The notes under the pieces: model-generated
What the model was told of the DNA's origin: nothing
The model's input: only the letters and a program-made list of their open reading frames with translations
Databases searched by the model: none
Program-made: the position numbers and the translations under genes
Sequence record: MH791404.1
Strand: one strand, 5' to 3'
DNA length: 64,000 nt
Shown: positions 18,815 through 28,972 of the stretch, in pieces
How positions within the stretch are numbered: the stretch's first letter is position 1
Layout of the letters: each line of letters starts with the position of its first letter

Positions 18815-19096
18815 TTATTCCTCAAACAGCCAGTTGCGAACGTGGTCACGCATAACCCCGTACATGTATTTGGTCATTTCATCAGCTGCGATATCATTGT
18901 CACAAGCATCATAATCGATTACCCGACCGAAGAAGTTGCGGAGCGCAATACATTGAGAATTGCGCAACTCTTGTCCTTCCATCATATCGCGAAATGCGTG
19001 AGACTCAGGGGAAATTGTCAGAGCGATGCGGTTATCATGATAAGCCTTGATACGGTTAATCAGTTCGGCTTGGTGGTCGGTAAAAAGAATTTTCAT
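18815..19096 (-). CDS. hypothetical protein
   Basis: GAGGA SD downstream of promoter. Confidence 0.75.
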   Translation of the reverse strand: MKILFTDHQAELINRIKAYHDNRIALTISPESHAFRDMMEGQELRNSQCIALRNFFGRVIDYDACDNDIAADEMTKYMYGVMRDHVRNWLFEE

Positions 19097-19126
19097 TTCA
19101 ATTTCCTCATCAGTGGGTACATAGGT

Positions 19127-19154
19127 ATATTACCAGAACCGGATATAGAGTCAA
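19127..19154 (-). promoter_or_regulatory. early promoter
   Basis: TTGACT-16-TGG.TAATAT. Confidence 0.7.
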
Positions 19155-19390
19155 AGACTTTTTGAAATTATTTTAGCTATAAGACAAGTAAGGATGTTCG
19201 TTTGACAAATCCAAAACAAAACAGAAGGGTTCGATCCATATTTTAGGGTAATCGTGGTGGTACAGACTACTAGAACGATAGTAAAGACCATGAGAATACA
19301 AGATAGTACCACATCACGATTGATCTTTTCCCCTAACTGAGCAATGAAGTATATCGGAGCATAACAAGATAATGCTACCAAAGAAATCAT
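19151..19390 (-). CDS. multi-TM membrane protein
   Basis: Hydrophobic throughout. Confidence 0.7.
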   Translation of the reverse strand: MISLVALSCYAPIYFIAQLGEKINRDVVLSCILMVFTIVLVVCTTTITLKYGSNPSVLFWICQTNILTCLIAKIISKSL

Positions 19391-19741
19391 ATCAAACTCC
19401 CGGTTTGTTTTTACGATGATTTTCTANNNNNNNNNNNNNNNNNNNNNNNNNNNNNNNNNNNNNNNNNNNNNNNNNNNNNNNNNNNNNNNNNNNNNNNNNN
19501 NNNNNNNNNNNNNNNNNNNNNNNNNNNNNNNNNNNNNNNNNNNNNNNNNNNNNNNNNNNNNNNNNNNNNNNNNNNNNNNNNNNNNNNNNNNNNNNNNNNN
19601 NNNNNNNNNNNNNNNNNNNNNNNNNNNNNNNNNNNNNNNNNNNNNNNNNNNNNNNNNNNNNNNNNNNNNNNNNNNNNNNNNNNNNNNNNNNNNNNNNNNN
19701 NNNNNNNNNNNNNNNNNNNNNNNNNNNNNNNNNNNNNNNNN

Positions 19742-20119
19742 TGGTTTGTTTTTACGATGATTTTCCAGAGCTTCAATCAACTCCTTCTCTTCCTTCTCCC
19801 AATTTGCTAACAACAAAGCTTTCTTTTCTTCCATCTCCTTTTCTTTCTTCTTCAAATTGGCAACTATCAAGTCTTTCTTTTCTTCGTCTGTGAGGTTTTC
19901 AACTTGGACAAGATATTCTTTTACCATATCTTCTGTGTAGAAGCACCAACACCAAGGATATGAGTCGATGTTATATTCAGTTCCACTATCCATGATGATG
20001 GATATGATACCGGGTCCGTCCGTCTCTGTTACCGTGAAAGAAGAACCCAAAACCAGTTCGGGAAATTCTTTGTGGAAATCCTCAAAATCTTTTTTTACAG
20101 TATAACGTTTGTTCAGCAT
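19742..20119 (-). CDS. WCF-family domain plus coiled coil (3' end in N gap)
   Basis: N-terminus homologous to 12146-12385; K/E-rich helix. Confidence 0.75.
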
Positions 20120-20128
20120 AATAACTCC

Positions 20129-20254
20129 TTAACCGTTCAACATAGGGATGATAACGAAAAGAACAACACCAACAATACCAGCACAGATCAAAGTCTCTTT
20201 GTGCTTGGTGATTTGGAACTTAGCGCGTTTCATAGCAAATTCAAAGTTGGTCAT
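20129..20254 (-). CDS. small membrane protein, 41 aa
   Basis: Read by hand; follows leader repeat. Confidence 0.55.
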   Translation of the reverse strand: MTNFEFAMKRAKFQITKHKETLICAGIVGVVLFVIIPMLNG

Positions 20255-20326
20255 GTCATTTTCCTCATCTGTTTTGCTTCAACAAGAATAGAATAACAAA
20301 ACGCTTACCCGAGAGCAAGCGTTTTT
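20252..20326 (-). repeat. 44-bp leader repeat copy 1 plus terminator/promoter composite
   Basis: 20252-20295 is 43/44 identical to 21476-21519; TTGCTC-17-TATTCT inside hairpin. Confidence 0.9.
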
Positions 20327-20329
20327 GAA

Positions 20330-20629
20330 TTATTTTTCCANAATACCAAGATATTGTCCAAGTTTTTTCTGGATTTCGTTTTGACGACACACTTCTTTTA
20401 GTTCTAACATCTCGTTAACAGAGTGTGTAATTTCTCCTATATCCGACGACGTAAAAACATCATCATAAGTTACACCTTTCATAGTGACTTTGTTAAAAAT
20501 GTGGTCGATTGTAATATCTTTTGTTAGATTGATTACCCATCGAAGATCACCACAAGAATCAACAAAACAACTGACTTCATATTCCCCAGTTGAGATCTTT
20601 TCTTTAATATGCTCTACAACTACTTTCAT
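20330..20629 (-). CDS. hypothetical protein
   Basis: ORF tiles run. Confidence 0.75.
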   Translation of the reverse strand: MKVVVEHIKEKISTGEYEVSCFVDSCGDLRWVINLTKDITIDHIFNKVTMKGVTYDDVFTSSDIGEITHSVNEMLELKEVCRQNEIQKKLGQYLGIXEK

Positions 20630-20638
20630 AATGTTTCC

Positions 20639-20929
20639 TTAAATATCAATCGAGTCGAAAAGTTTATTCTTGTTTTCTACCTCTACAGCCTTTTGACGAA
20701 ATACAAAGGCTAGTTGGATGGAATTAACTTCGTCTTGGCTGAAAACTTCTCCAACGTAATCATGGTTTCCGTCATGGACAAGGTAGTCGGTGAAATGGTC
20801 ACGACCACCGGGGAGGTATTTCAGCTTTAATGTTTGTGCAATAGTAATTTTATCTTTTGGGTCACCTGTAAAATTGCCATTTTTGATGTGGTCGCAAATT
20901 CGATCTACTTTCTTACTACGTTCTNTCAT
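20639..20929 (-). CDS. hypothetical protein
   Basis: ORF tiles run. Confidence 0.7.
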   Translation of the reverse strand: MXERSKKVDRICDHIKNGNFTGDPKDKITIAQTLKLKYLPGGRDHFTDYLVHDGNHDYVGEVFSQDEVNSIQLAFVFRQKAVEVENKNKLFDSIDI

Positions 20930-20938
20930 AATTTTNCC

Positions 20939-21145
20939 TTANCGNGGNTCNANCATCTTTTTGATTTCCATCATCAACATCATCTCAAGATACGAGATCT
21001 GTTGGGCGGTAAGCTCTTTGTCTAGAGTAGTCAGCGTATATTCACCATCTTTCTGGACACCTGCGGTGAAACCTAGATGGACACCGGAATCATACTTAGA
21101 TTGAACGACTAGCTTTTCATTTTCATCAATAGAGGAAATAAACAT
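20939..21145 (-). CDS. hypothetical protein
   Basis: ORF tiles run. Confidence 0.7.
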   Translation of the reverse strand: MFISSIDENEKLVVQSKYDSGVHLGFTAGVQKDGEYTLTTLDKELTAQQISYLEMMLMMEIKKMXXXX

Positions 21146-21154
21146 AATTTTTCC

Positions 21155-21478
21155 TTATTTTACTTTGAAAGTAACAACAATCGCACTACCCATAGAACCA
21201 TTCCATTCTACCTTGGTGTCTTCTATGGAACCAATCTTTTCTACCAGATCAGTTACATTCTCTTTTGGTTGGTTGTAATTGAAGTCGATATGAATTTTGT
21301 GATACCCAGTTTCTTCAACTGTACGATACATTGCGTAGTTGTACTCGCGGTATGCATCAGTCAAATTGGTTTTACGGAAGATAGCAATCTTTGCTGTATC
21401 CACCTTGCGGATGGCCTTGCGAAGTTGAACCACTTTGTGGTGAGTCTTGTTAGATGTTTCTGTGATAAATTCTGCCAT
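21155..21478 (-). CDS. hypothetical protein
   Basis: Follows leader repeat. Confidence 0.75.
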   Translation of the reverse strand: MAEFITETSNKTHHKVVQLRKAIRKVDTAKIAIFRKTNLTDAYREYNYAMYRTVEETGYHKIHIDFNYNQPKENVTDLVEKIGSIEDTKVEWNGSMGSAIVVTFKVK

Positions 21479-21551
21479 GTTATTTTCCTCATCTGTTTTG
21501 CTTCAACAAGAATAGAATATCAAAGGGCTTGAACGATTACAAGCCCTTTTT
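21476..21551 (-). repeat. 44-bp leader repeat copy 2 plus terminator/promoter composite
   Basis: TTGTAA-17-TATTCT inside AAAGGGCTTG/CAAGCCCTTT hairpin. Confidence 0.9.
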
Positions 21552-21556
21552 AGAAA

Positions 21557-21793
21557 TTACCCTTTAATTTTTACCAAGAAACGGTCTTCGTCAAAAGGAG
21601 ATACAACAGCCCGCCAACCAAAACAATCCGGATAACGATTATAGAGAATTTCTTCCACTGCATTATATGCTATATNNNNNNNNNNNNNNNNNNNNNNNNN
21701 NNNNNNNNNNNNNNNNNNNNNNNNNNNNNNNNNNNNNNNNNNNNNNNNNNNNNNNNNNNNNNNNNNNNNNNNNNNNNNNNNNNNNNNNNTCAT
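21557..21793 (-). CDS. hypothetical protein, largely masked
   Basis: ATG at 21793 and readable C-terminus. Confidence 0.45.
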   Translation of the reverse strand: MXXXXXXXXXXXXXXXXXXXXXXXXXXXXXXXXXXXXXXXIAYNAVEEILYNRYPDCFGWRAVVSPFDEDRFLVKIKG

Positions 21794-21794
21794 T

Positions 21795-22352
21795 TTAAGC
21801 CTTCTCTTTCCATTTTACAATTTTCTTTTCCATAGTAGAAAGGAAAAGATTTTCGATAGCTTGCTTGTTCATATCACCACAGGCAAGAGCGAACATATCC
21901 ATAGCAGCAATAGCCAAATCTACAGCTTCACCGCGAATACCATCCTCACCCGGTTCCTTGTAAGACAAACCGTTTTCGATCTGTACCTCTAAAGACAATT
22001 CCCCGAGTTCTTCCATACATTTGGAGAGAACGTAATCATAGGATCGCTTTTTGGAAGTATCAACCCGACCAAGTTCAACCGAGGTAGTGAAGATGGTTGA
22101 CAAGCTTGGTTCTGGTTCATATTCTTCCAAAATAATTTCTGGATCTGATGGGGCAGCGAAACACCATGCACCATGATCATAATAAGGATTTACCTGTTTA
22201 CCATAACAATAAACGTCGCGAGTCCACAAATAACCATTTTGATCGTCGATGTAATGACATTCAATCACATCACCGGTAGATACGCCGAATTCATCTGATG
22301 CATCTGCATGAATGTACACGATTTTATATTTCTTACCAAGTTCATATTTCAT
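21795..22352 (-). CDS. WCF-family domain fused to MazG-like nucleotide pyrophosphohydrolase
   Basis: C-terminal KCMEELGEL...GEAVD metal-binding acidic motifs. Confidence 0.75.
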   Translation of the reverse strand: MKYELGKKYKIVYIHADASDEFGVSTGDVIECHYIDDQNGYLWTRDVYCYGKQVNPYYDHGAWCFAAPSDPEIILEEYEPEPSLSTIFTTSVELGRVDTSKKRSYDYVLSKCMEELGELSLEVQIENGLSYKEPGEDGIRGEAVDLAIAAMDMFALACGDMNKQAIENLFLSTMEKKIVKWKEKA

Positions 22353-22362
22353 TTTCTGATTC

Positions 22363-23453
22363 TCATTTATAAAGATGATCTAAGATTACCTTAGCCATTT
22401 GGTCTTTGTCAAGCTTAATCAACTTGTTGTAAAGTCGTTTACCAACTTCTATTTCAGGAGTGTATCCTTTCTCCCTGATCGTGTCAATCAGTTCTGGGAG
22501 AATTTTAATAATATCAATCCAGTTTTGAAGGATTTCTGTCGTACCATCAGCAAACTCGTCGGGTGTGATGATAGGATGCTCCATATCCTGTCTGTATGGC
22601 TTTGTGAGACGTTCCAGTTCTTGTGGGATAGAACCGTCCTCGAACTTGAATACAATTAGCTGGTGAGGCTTGTACGACGTTTTACGAGCTTGTTGTTTGA
22701 TACGTTGATCTAAGAAGTTTGTGATACCTATTTTGAAAAACTCGTTTGTATCTTTATCGTAGTTTGTCCAGTTGGTTACGTAAAGGTATCCGGGTTTCAC
22801 TGGTCTATATCCATATTCCGCACAAGAAGGACAACCACGATCACCATGAACGAAATCATTATAAGAAANNNNNNNNNNNNNNNNNNNNNNNNNNNNNNNN
22901 NNNNNNNNNNNNNNNNNNNNNNNNNNNNNNNNNNNNNNNNNNNNNNNNNNNNNNNNNNNNNNNNNNNNNNNNNNNNNNNNNNNNNNNNNNNNNNNNNNNN
23001 NNNNNNNNNNNNNNNNNNNNNNNNNNNNNNNNNNNNNNNNNNNNNNNNNNNNNNNNNNNNNNNNNNNNNNNNNNNNNNNNNNTTGTTTTCCATGAGTAGG
23101 ACAGATGTATTCAAACTTAGAGTAACGAGTTTTTATAACCTTCTGGAAAGCCAAACATATTCATAACCCATTTCTTTACACAACCGGCCTACAATAACTT
23201 CTATCTGAAAGGGTTTCCATNNNNNNNNNNNNNNNNNNNNNNNNNNNNNNNNNNNNNNNNNNNNNNNNNNNNNNNNNNNNNNNNNNNNNNNNNNNNNNNN
23301 NNNNNNNNNNNNNNNNNNNNNNNNNNNNNNNNNNNTATACAATTTATGTGTCCCACTCTTCCTATCCGCAACACCAACAACAGTCAACACCCCACCTTTC
23401 GGAGTAGGAAAAGTTTGTCCAATGAAATCATCTACAGGGTACTGACCACACAT
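22363..23453 (-). mobile_element. free-standing homing endonuclease (Zn-ribbon repeats plus GIY-YIG-like C-terminus), broken by N gaps
   Basis: FIGQTFPTPKGGVLTV N-terminus, CPTHG/GCPSC, GYLYV...FFKIGITN...R.KQ. Confidence 0.75.
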
Positions 23454-23475
23454 AATCTATTCCTCAGAAACAACA

Positions 23476-23520
23476 AAAGCCTATATCAGCTAAGATACAG
23501 GCTTTGGATTATGAAGTCAA
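23476..23520 (-). promoter_or_regulatory. promoter overlapping an 11-bp hairpin upstream of the endonuclease
   Basis: TTGACT-17-TATCTT; stem AAGCCUGUAUC/GAUAUAGGCUU then UUUU. Confidence 0.6.
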
Positions 23521-24313
23521 CTAGATTNNNNNNNNNNNNNNNNNNNNNNNNNNNNNNNNNNNNNNNNNNNNNNNNNNNNNNNNNNNNNNNNNNNNNNNNN
23601 NNNNNNNNNNNNNNNNNNNNNNNNNNNNNNNNNNNNNNNNNNNNNNNNNNNNNNNNNNNNNNNNNNNNNNNNNNNNNNNNNNNNNNNNNNNNNNNNNNNN
23701 NNNNNNNNNNNNNNNNNNNNNNNNNNNNNNNNNNNNNNNNNNNNNNNNNNNNNNNNNNNNNNNNNNNNNNNNNNNNNNNNNNNNNNNNNNNNNNNNNNNN
23801 NNNNNNNNNNNNNNNNNNNNNNNNNNNNNNNNNNNNNNNNNNNNNNNNNNNNNNNNNNNNNNNNNNNNNNNNNNNNNNNNNNNNNNNNNNNNNNNNNNNN
23901 NNNNNNNNNNNNNNNNNNNNNNNNNNNNNNNNNNNNNNNNNNNNNNNNNNNNNNNNNNNNNNNNNNNNNNNNNNNNNNNNNNNNNNNNNNNNNNNNNNNN
24001 NNNNNNNNNNNNNNNNNNNNNNNNNNNNNNNNNNNNNNNNNNNNNNNNNNNNNNNNNNNNNNNNNNNNNNNNNNNNNNNNNNNNNNNNNNNNNNNNNNNN
24101 NNNNNNNNNNNNNNNNNNNNNNNNNNNNNNNNNNNNNNNNNNNNNNNNNNNNNNNNNNNNNNNNNNNNNNNNNNNNNNNNNNNNNNNNNNNNNNNNNNNN
24201 NNNNNNNNNNNNNNNNNNNNNNNNNNNNNNNNNNNNNNNNNNNNNNNNNNNNNNNNNNNNNNNNNNNNNNNNNNNNNNNNNNNNNNNNNNNNNNNNNNNN
24301 NNNNNNNNNNNNT

Positions 24314-25046
24314 TTATTTCAAATTGTTAAAGTAACGAAGATGTTTGGGATTATCCACATCCACCGGACGAACTCGTTTACTCTTCTTTTGATCTACATC
24401 AGCTACGTAAGTATAACCGTCAATAACCATAATATTTTTCAGCCTGTCGTCATGGGTGCTATTTTCGAACTTAACGACGTTTGGAGATACGTAGATGAAC
24501 TTATCCAACTCACAGAAGATTGGATATCCCCCAGCTTCTACAATCGATGTGATTGTACTATCAAACATATCGTTNNNNNNNNNNNNNAAACTCTTCTTTG
24601 TCGATGATATCAGTTCTGTTATTGATGGCAACATAGATAGAATTAACCATCATTCTGGAAATAATTTCGTGATCTTTACCAACACCACGAAACATTTCAC
24701 GTACTTGGTTTAGAGTATCAATCAGAACCTTTAGTTCNNNNNTACACACAATTTCCTCACCATAATGTTTACTGAGAATCTGATTGAACATGTGGCGATA
24801 ACTAGATTCCCAGATCTTGTTTTCTTTACCACCTACAATCAATCGACCTTTACAACTAGTTGAGTGAATCAGAGGTTTTCGATGGTGAGACAGACTGATA
24901 TGGGTCTTCACATCCTCAAAATACAAAGGAGAAGCCGGATTATTATAGAAGTTATTCATCACCAAACTATATTCGTCTTTTCCAATCTTGTTTACGAAAC
25001 CACTTTCAGCCAGTTCATTAACAAATTTAACAATTTTATCAAACAT
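24314..25046 (-). CDS. hypothetical protein resembling a degenerate B-family polymerase fingers/palm (two short N gaps)
   Basis: SRMMVNSIYVAINN resembles motif B; weak motif A and C remnants in order. Confidence 0.5.
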
Positions 25047-25435
25047 CTTTCATTTCCTCACTTAGTTTAGGTAAAGCCCAGTCGGAACATCCTATGGGCT
25101 ATTTTCTTTTTCACTTTACAATATCNNNNNNNNNNNNNNNNNNNNNNNNNNNNNNNNNNNNNNNNNNNNNNNNNNNNNNNNNNNNNNNNNNNNNNNNNNN
25201 NNNNNNNNNNNNNNNNNNNNNNNNNNNNNNNNNNNNNNNNNNNNNNNNNNNNNNNNNNNNNNNNNNNNNNNNNNNNNNNNNNNNNNNNNNNNNNNNNNNN
25301 NNNNNNNNNNNNNNNNNNNNNNNNNNNNNNNNNNNNNNNNNNNNNNNNNNNNNNNNNNNNNNNNNNNNNNNNNNNNNNNNNNNNNNNNNNNNNNNNNNNN
25401 NNNNNNNNNNNNNNNNNNNNNNNNNNNNTTCTGTT

Positions 25436-25660
25436 TCACTTTACAATATATTTTACATTACATTCTTCAAACACACAACGATGATAATAATCACTGAGGT
25501 TTACTTCAATCCATTCGGAAAGTGACGTATCCATATCTGGAATATCCCATACATGAAGAACGTTGTCAATATATTTGAAACTATCACTGTGTAGTTCGTC
25601 ATCCCATTCCAATACCATAACGAATGCACCATTTTGGGGCATAGTATCAACTATTTTCAT
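25436..25660 (-). CDS. hypothetical protein, MK.v..P..G family
   Basis: MKIVDTMPQNGAF. Confidence 0.7.
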   Translation of the reverse strand: MKIVDTMPQNGAFVMVLEWDDELHSDSFKYIDNVLHVWDIPDMDTSLSEWIEVNLSDYYHRCVFEECNVKYIVK

Positions 25661-25847
25661 TTGGTAGTTCCCACACAACGCAAACTCGACCCATCTCTAT
25701 GAAATCATGAGAATCCGTATAAAACCCATTTACATCAAAATCATAATAAATACCAAGAAAGAAACACCCACGAGAATCCTTAAATAAATACTCTCGACCT
25801 TCCTCTAATTCATAATGGTTCGCCACTTTAAAAGACATGCGGATCAT
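25647..25847 (-). CDS. hypothetical protein
   Basis: ORF tiles run. Confidence 0.65.
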   Translation of the reverse strand: MIRMSFKVANHYELEEGREYLFKDSRGCFFLGIYYDFDVNGFYTDSHDFIEMGRVCVVWELPNENS

Positions 25848-26004
25848 CCTTCTCAGAAACTAAGGATGGAACAAACCCATCTTCTGCCATTTTCTGAAAG
25901 ACTCCACCCTGTGCGATGGTTTCTTTTAGACGTAGTTCAAAATACTCATCATCCATCTCCAACAACTCATAAAATGCCTTTTCCATAGCTTCATCTTTTG
26001 ACAT
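25828..26004 (-). CDS. hypothetical protein, 58 aa
   Basis: Read by hand (MSKDEAMEKAFYELL...). Confidence 0.6.
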   Translation of the reverse strand: MSKDEAMEKAFYELLEMDDEYFELRLKETIAQGGVFQKMAEDGFVPSLVSEKDDPHVF

Positions 26005-26270
26005 CATTGTGTGTCCTTGTTTTCGCTTGGTAAAGTGGACGGGTCGGTAATAATACCGAACTTGAGATACTTACGGGCTGCCAGATCTTTAGAATCACCA
26101 ACCGGCGGTTTGCCATCAAGCAATTCATTAACCATTCGATCATACAGCTCGTTGGTTACCACTCGGTGGAAGCGCCAAGCGTAAAGATTCCCATCAGTTT
26201 TCTCAATCCATTGATAAGGCCCGACAGTCATCCCATCTTCCATATGGGCTTCTTTAACAATCAGTTTCAT
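26004..26270 (-). CDS. hypothetical protein
   Basis: ORF tiles run. Confidence 0.75.
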   Translation of the reverse strand: MKLIVKEAHMEDGMTVGPYQWIEKTDGNLYAWRFHRVVTNELYDRMVNELLDGKPPVGDSKDLAARKYLKFGIITDPSTLPSENKDTQ

Positions 26271-26523
26271 TTCNNNNNNNNNNNNNNNNNNNNNNNNNNN
26301 NNNNNNNNNNNNNNNNNNNNNNNNNNNNNNNNNNNNNNNNNNNNNNNNNNNNNNNNNNNNNNNNNNNNNNNNNNNNNNNNNNNNNNNNNNNNNNNNNNNN
26401 NNNNNNNNNNNNNNNNNNNNNNNNNNNNNNNNNNNNNNNNNNNNNNNNNNNNNNNNNNNNNNNNNNNNNNNNNNNNNNNNNNNNNNNNNNNNNNNNNNNN
26501 NNNNNNNTTAATTTTCATTTTCC

Positions 26524-26802
26524 CTATTCCATATATTTCTTAACACGGTTGTCACTAATACATACCAGTGTTTTACTTGGATGAATATCAGTCTCTACTT
26601 TTGCGACATAAATATCGTCTCGGTGTGGATATGTATCAGACCAATTCTCACCATTGAAAAGTGGTGGATGTATGTAAGCCACAACGGTTCCATCATAATT
26701 CATAGCCAGAAAACCATAAAGGTATTTCATGGGTAAAGTCAACTTAACCCCGTGGAAATCAACCCCGAAAGTAGGGCATACTTTATTATGAGAAACTAGT
26801 TT
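26524..26802 (-). CDS. hypothetical protein
   Basis: Start MKLVSHN after GGAG SD. Confidence 0.7.
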   Translation of the reverse strand, partial: KLVSHNKVCPTFGVDFHGVKLTLPMKYLYGFLAMNYDGTVVAYIHPPLFNGENWSDTYPHRDDIYVAKVETDIHPSKTLVCISDNRVKKYME

Positions 26803-27220
26803 CATAATAACAATCTCCATAAATCATATCACCTATAAATCGAACAACGACTATTAGAATACCAAGACACCATAAGATTGCAGCTATCCCAAGATTTTCC
26901 AAAAACTTTTTGGTCTCCAAAGTCTCTACGTTGATCAAGAACTGATGACCCTTCATATCAACTTTTTTACGAACCTCTTGTCTTGGATATTCCTTGGTAA
27001 TGTACTTACCATACTCAGCAATAAGCTTATCAGACTCGTAATTACTGAATCCACTGATATCAAAGTCACATACAAGCATACCCTTTTGTGTGTGCTCTGG
27101 TTCGTAATAACACTCTTCTAATGTGGCGGGAATATCAACATATTTTATTTCTGGACCTTCAACGATATACCCAAAAACAAGGAACGTGTAAAGCCAGAAA
27201 ATAATGGTAAATTTTTTCAT
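26786..27220 (-). CDS. membrane protein with periplasmic loop
   Basis: N- and C-terminal hydrophobic helices. Confidence 0.75.
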   Translation of the reverse strand: MKKFTIIFWLYTFLVFGYIVEGPEIKYVDIPATLEECYYEPEHTQKGMLVCDFDISGFSNYESDKLIAEYGKYITKEYPRQEVRKKVDMKGHQFLINVETLETKKFLENLGIAAILWCLGILIVVVRFIGDMIYGDCYYETSFS

Positions 27221-27654
27221 TCGTGTCTGACCCTATACAAATCGTGGTAGTTTGCAATTATTTTTTCGACAACCAGCGGTGTTTTCTCTAACATCAAATC
27301 GATGAAGTTACACATTTCCTCATCGGCTTGGATGAAAGGATCTGCGCCATCGATAACTACCATACTCTGATACAGAGATACTTTCTCAATATGAAGAATA
27401 CCAATTTTTCGTAATAGATTTTTTGTTACCTCGGCACGGATATATTTCTCGGTATAGAACCCACCAGCAAAGCTATTATCTTGAAAATATTGACATGTAT
27501 TGACACGACGTTTAAAAATCCACCCAACCACCATAGTTTCATTCATTCTGAGATTGACCCGGATATCAACGGCATCTTTCACCATAGACATGATTTTGGT
27601 ATAGTTTTCGAGAGCCCTTTCTAACTGGGATTGGTTTATAGTTTTTAGACTCAT
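27217..27654 (-). CDS. hypothetical protein
   Basis: ORF tiles run. Confidence 0.75.
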   Translation of the reverse strand: MSLKTINQSQLERALENYTKIMSMVKDAVDIRVNLRMNETMVVGWIFKRRVNTCQYFQDNSFAGGFYTEKYIRAEVTKNLLRKIGILHIEKVSLYQSMVVIDGADPFIQADEEMCNFIDLMLEKTPLVVEKIIANYHDLYRVRHE

Positions 27655-27664
27655 GATATATCCC

Positions 27665-28282
27665 TTAGATGGTTACATCATATTTATTTTTTGCTTCGGT
27701 TCGGATCTTGTATGCTTCTTGTTGAAAACTGTGATACGTAGTCCGATTACGGCGAGACAGATCACTAACTTCTCTCAACCGGATATCTAGATTTTTTTGT
27801 TCTTCGTCAAGTTCACGAAGCTTACAACTGATCTCAAACAGTTTATCTTTTGCTTCTTGAATTGCCGGTTCATTTTTGGTGAACGACGCATTACCTGACG
27901 GTTTGCCAACCTTCACAACAAAGGTAATTAAATCACCAACGTTGATGGTTGATACTTTAAATACCTGACCAAGAAGATCTGCAACATCTTTGGCGATATA
28001 TTTGTTCTTGGTTGTGATCCGCACACCATATTTTTCTCGAATTAAAGTACAATTGGCAAAACGAGAAAACACATATTGGTTTCGTTCTGCTTTGTTTGCA
28101 CACGGGTAGTACAACGGCCCCAGAATAGACTGGACGGATTTACCACCAACCAGAATATTTTTATTGATAACACCACTCAGGAAGTCAAACAGTTCCATTG
28201 TGTTGGTGACGTGGGTTTTGATGAGGCTAATACGTTTGGAGATAGCAACAGATTTATCGGTTTTGGTAGTTTTCTTAAACAT
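27665..28282 (-). CDS. hypothetical protein with C-terminal coiled coil
   Basis: 205-aa ORF. Confidence 0.75.
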   Translation of the reverse strand: MFKKTTKTDKSVAISKRISLIKTHVTNTMELFDFLSGVINKNILVGGKSVQSILGPLYYPCANKAERNQYVFSRFANCTLIREKYGVRITTKNKYIAKDVADLLGQVFKVSTINVGDLITFVVKVGKPSGNASFTKNEPAIQEAKDKLFEISCKLRELDEEQKNLDIRLREVSDLSRRNRTTYHSFQQEAYKIRTEAKNKYDVTI

Positions 28283-28286
28283 GGGA

Positions 28287-28505
28287 TTATCCTTGATTAA
28301 ATTTTGTCTTAACAGTCTTCATTTTACCACATTCTTTACAACACACAATAACAATTTGTTCTTTTTGTGTCATTTTTAGAAGGGATTCTACATTTTTTGG
28401 TCGTTCCAAGAGTTCGGTCAATCTAGAAATTTGTTCTGCTGGACTTTCAGAAGTATATTCAAAGATAACCTTCATATCATGTTTACAAAATAGTGATTTG
28501 AACAT
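28287..28505 (-). CDS. small Zn-ribbon-like protein
   Basis: LFCKH...CKECGK. Confidence 0.7.
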   Translation of the reverse strand: MFKSLFCKHDMKVIFEYTSESPAEQISRLTELLERPKNVESLLKMTQKEQIVIVCCKECGKMKTVKTKFNQG

Positions 28506-28972
28506 TAATTGATCTCCTGACCAGTAACCGCATCAACAAAATAGAAGTGATTGATATTATCATCTTCAATGACATGTTTCATAATGTTAGAAAACAAATC
28601 AGATTCCATATCAAATACATCAGAAGAATAACCACCTTTGTAACTGGGTGCTCCCCACGAAAAAGACTCTTTAACAGGACGAACAATCATTCCGGTGGTT
28701 GTCACACAATAAATATACACATTATTGTGTGACTCCGATTCTTCCATCAACTTATCGATGTTATTAAAAACAAACTCTTCATCAACGACTACACCACGAG
28801 GAACAAAATGACACAGTTGACGATCCGACTTTAGGACAAAAATCCGATGGTCATTCGGGGAGAATGCGGTGCAAGTATAAAACAAAGGTGTTCCATCAAT
28901 CTCAATCAAACGATGGTTTTGACCGAACATACCAACAGTAGAGAATCCAGAATTAGTGATTTTAATATTCAT
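28505..28972 (-). CDS. hypothetical protein
   Basis: Downstream of promoter. Confidence 0.75.
   Translation of the reverse strand: MNIKITNSGFSTVGMFGQNHRLIEIDGTPLFYTCTAFSPNDHRIFVLKSDRQLCHFVPRGVVVDEEFVFNNIDKLMEESESHNNVYIYCVTTTGMIVRPVKESFSWGAPSYKGGYSSDVFDMESDLFSNIMKHVIEDDNINHFYFVDAVTGQEIN

Noticed and set aside
23346-24335. Long X-filled ORFs across N runs (also 4368-5183, 7379-8057, 40117-40741)
   Set aside because: Open only because N translates as X
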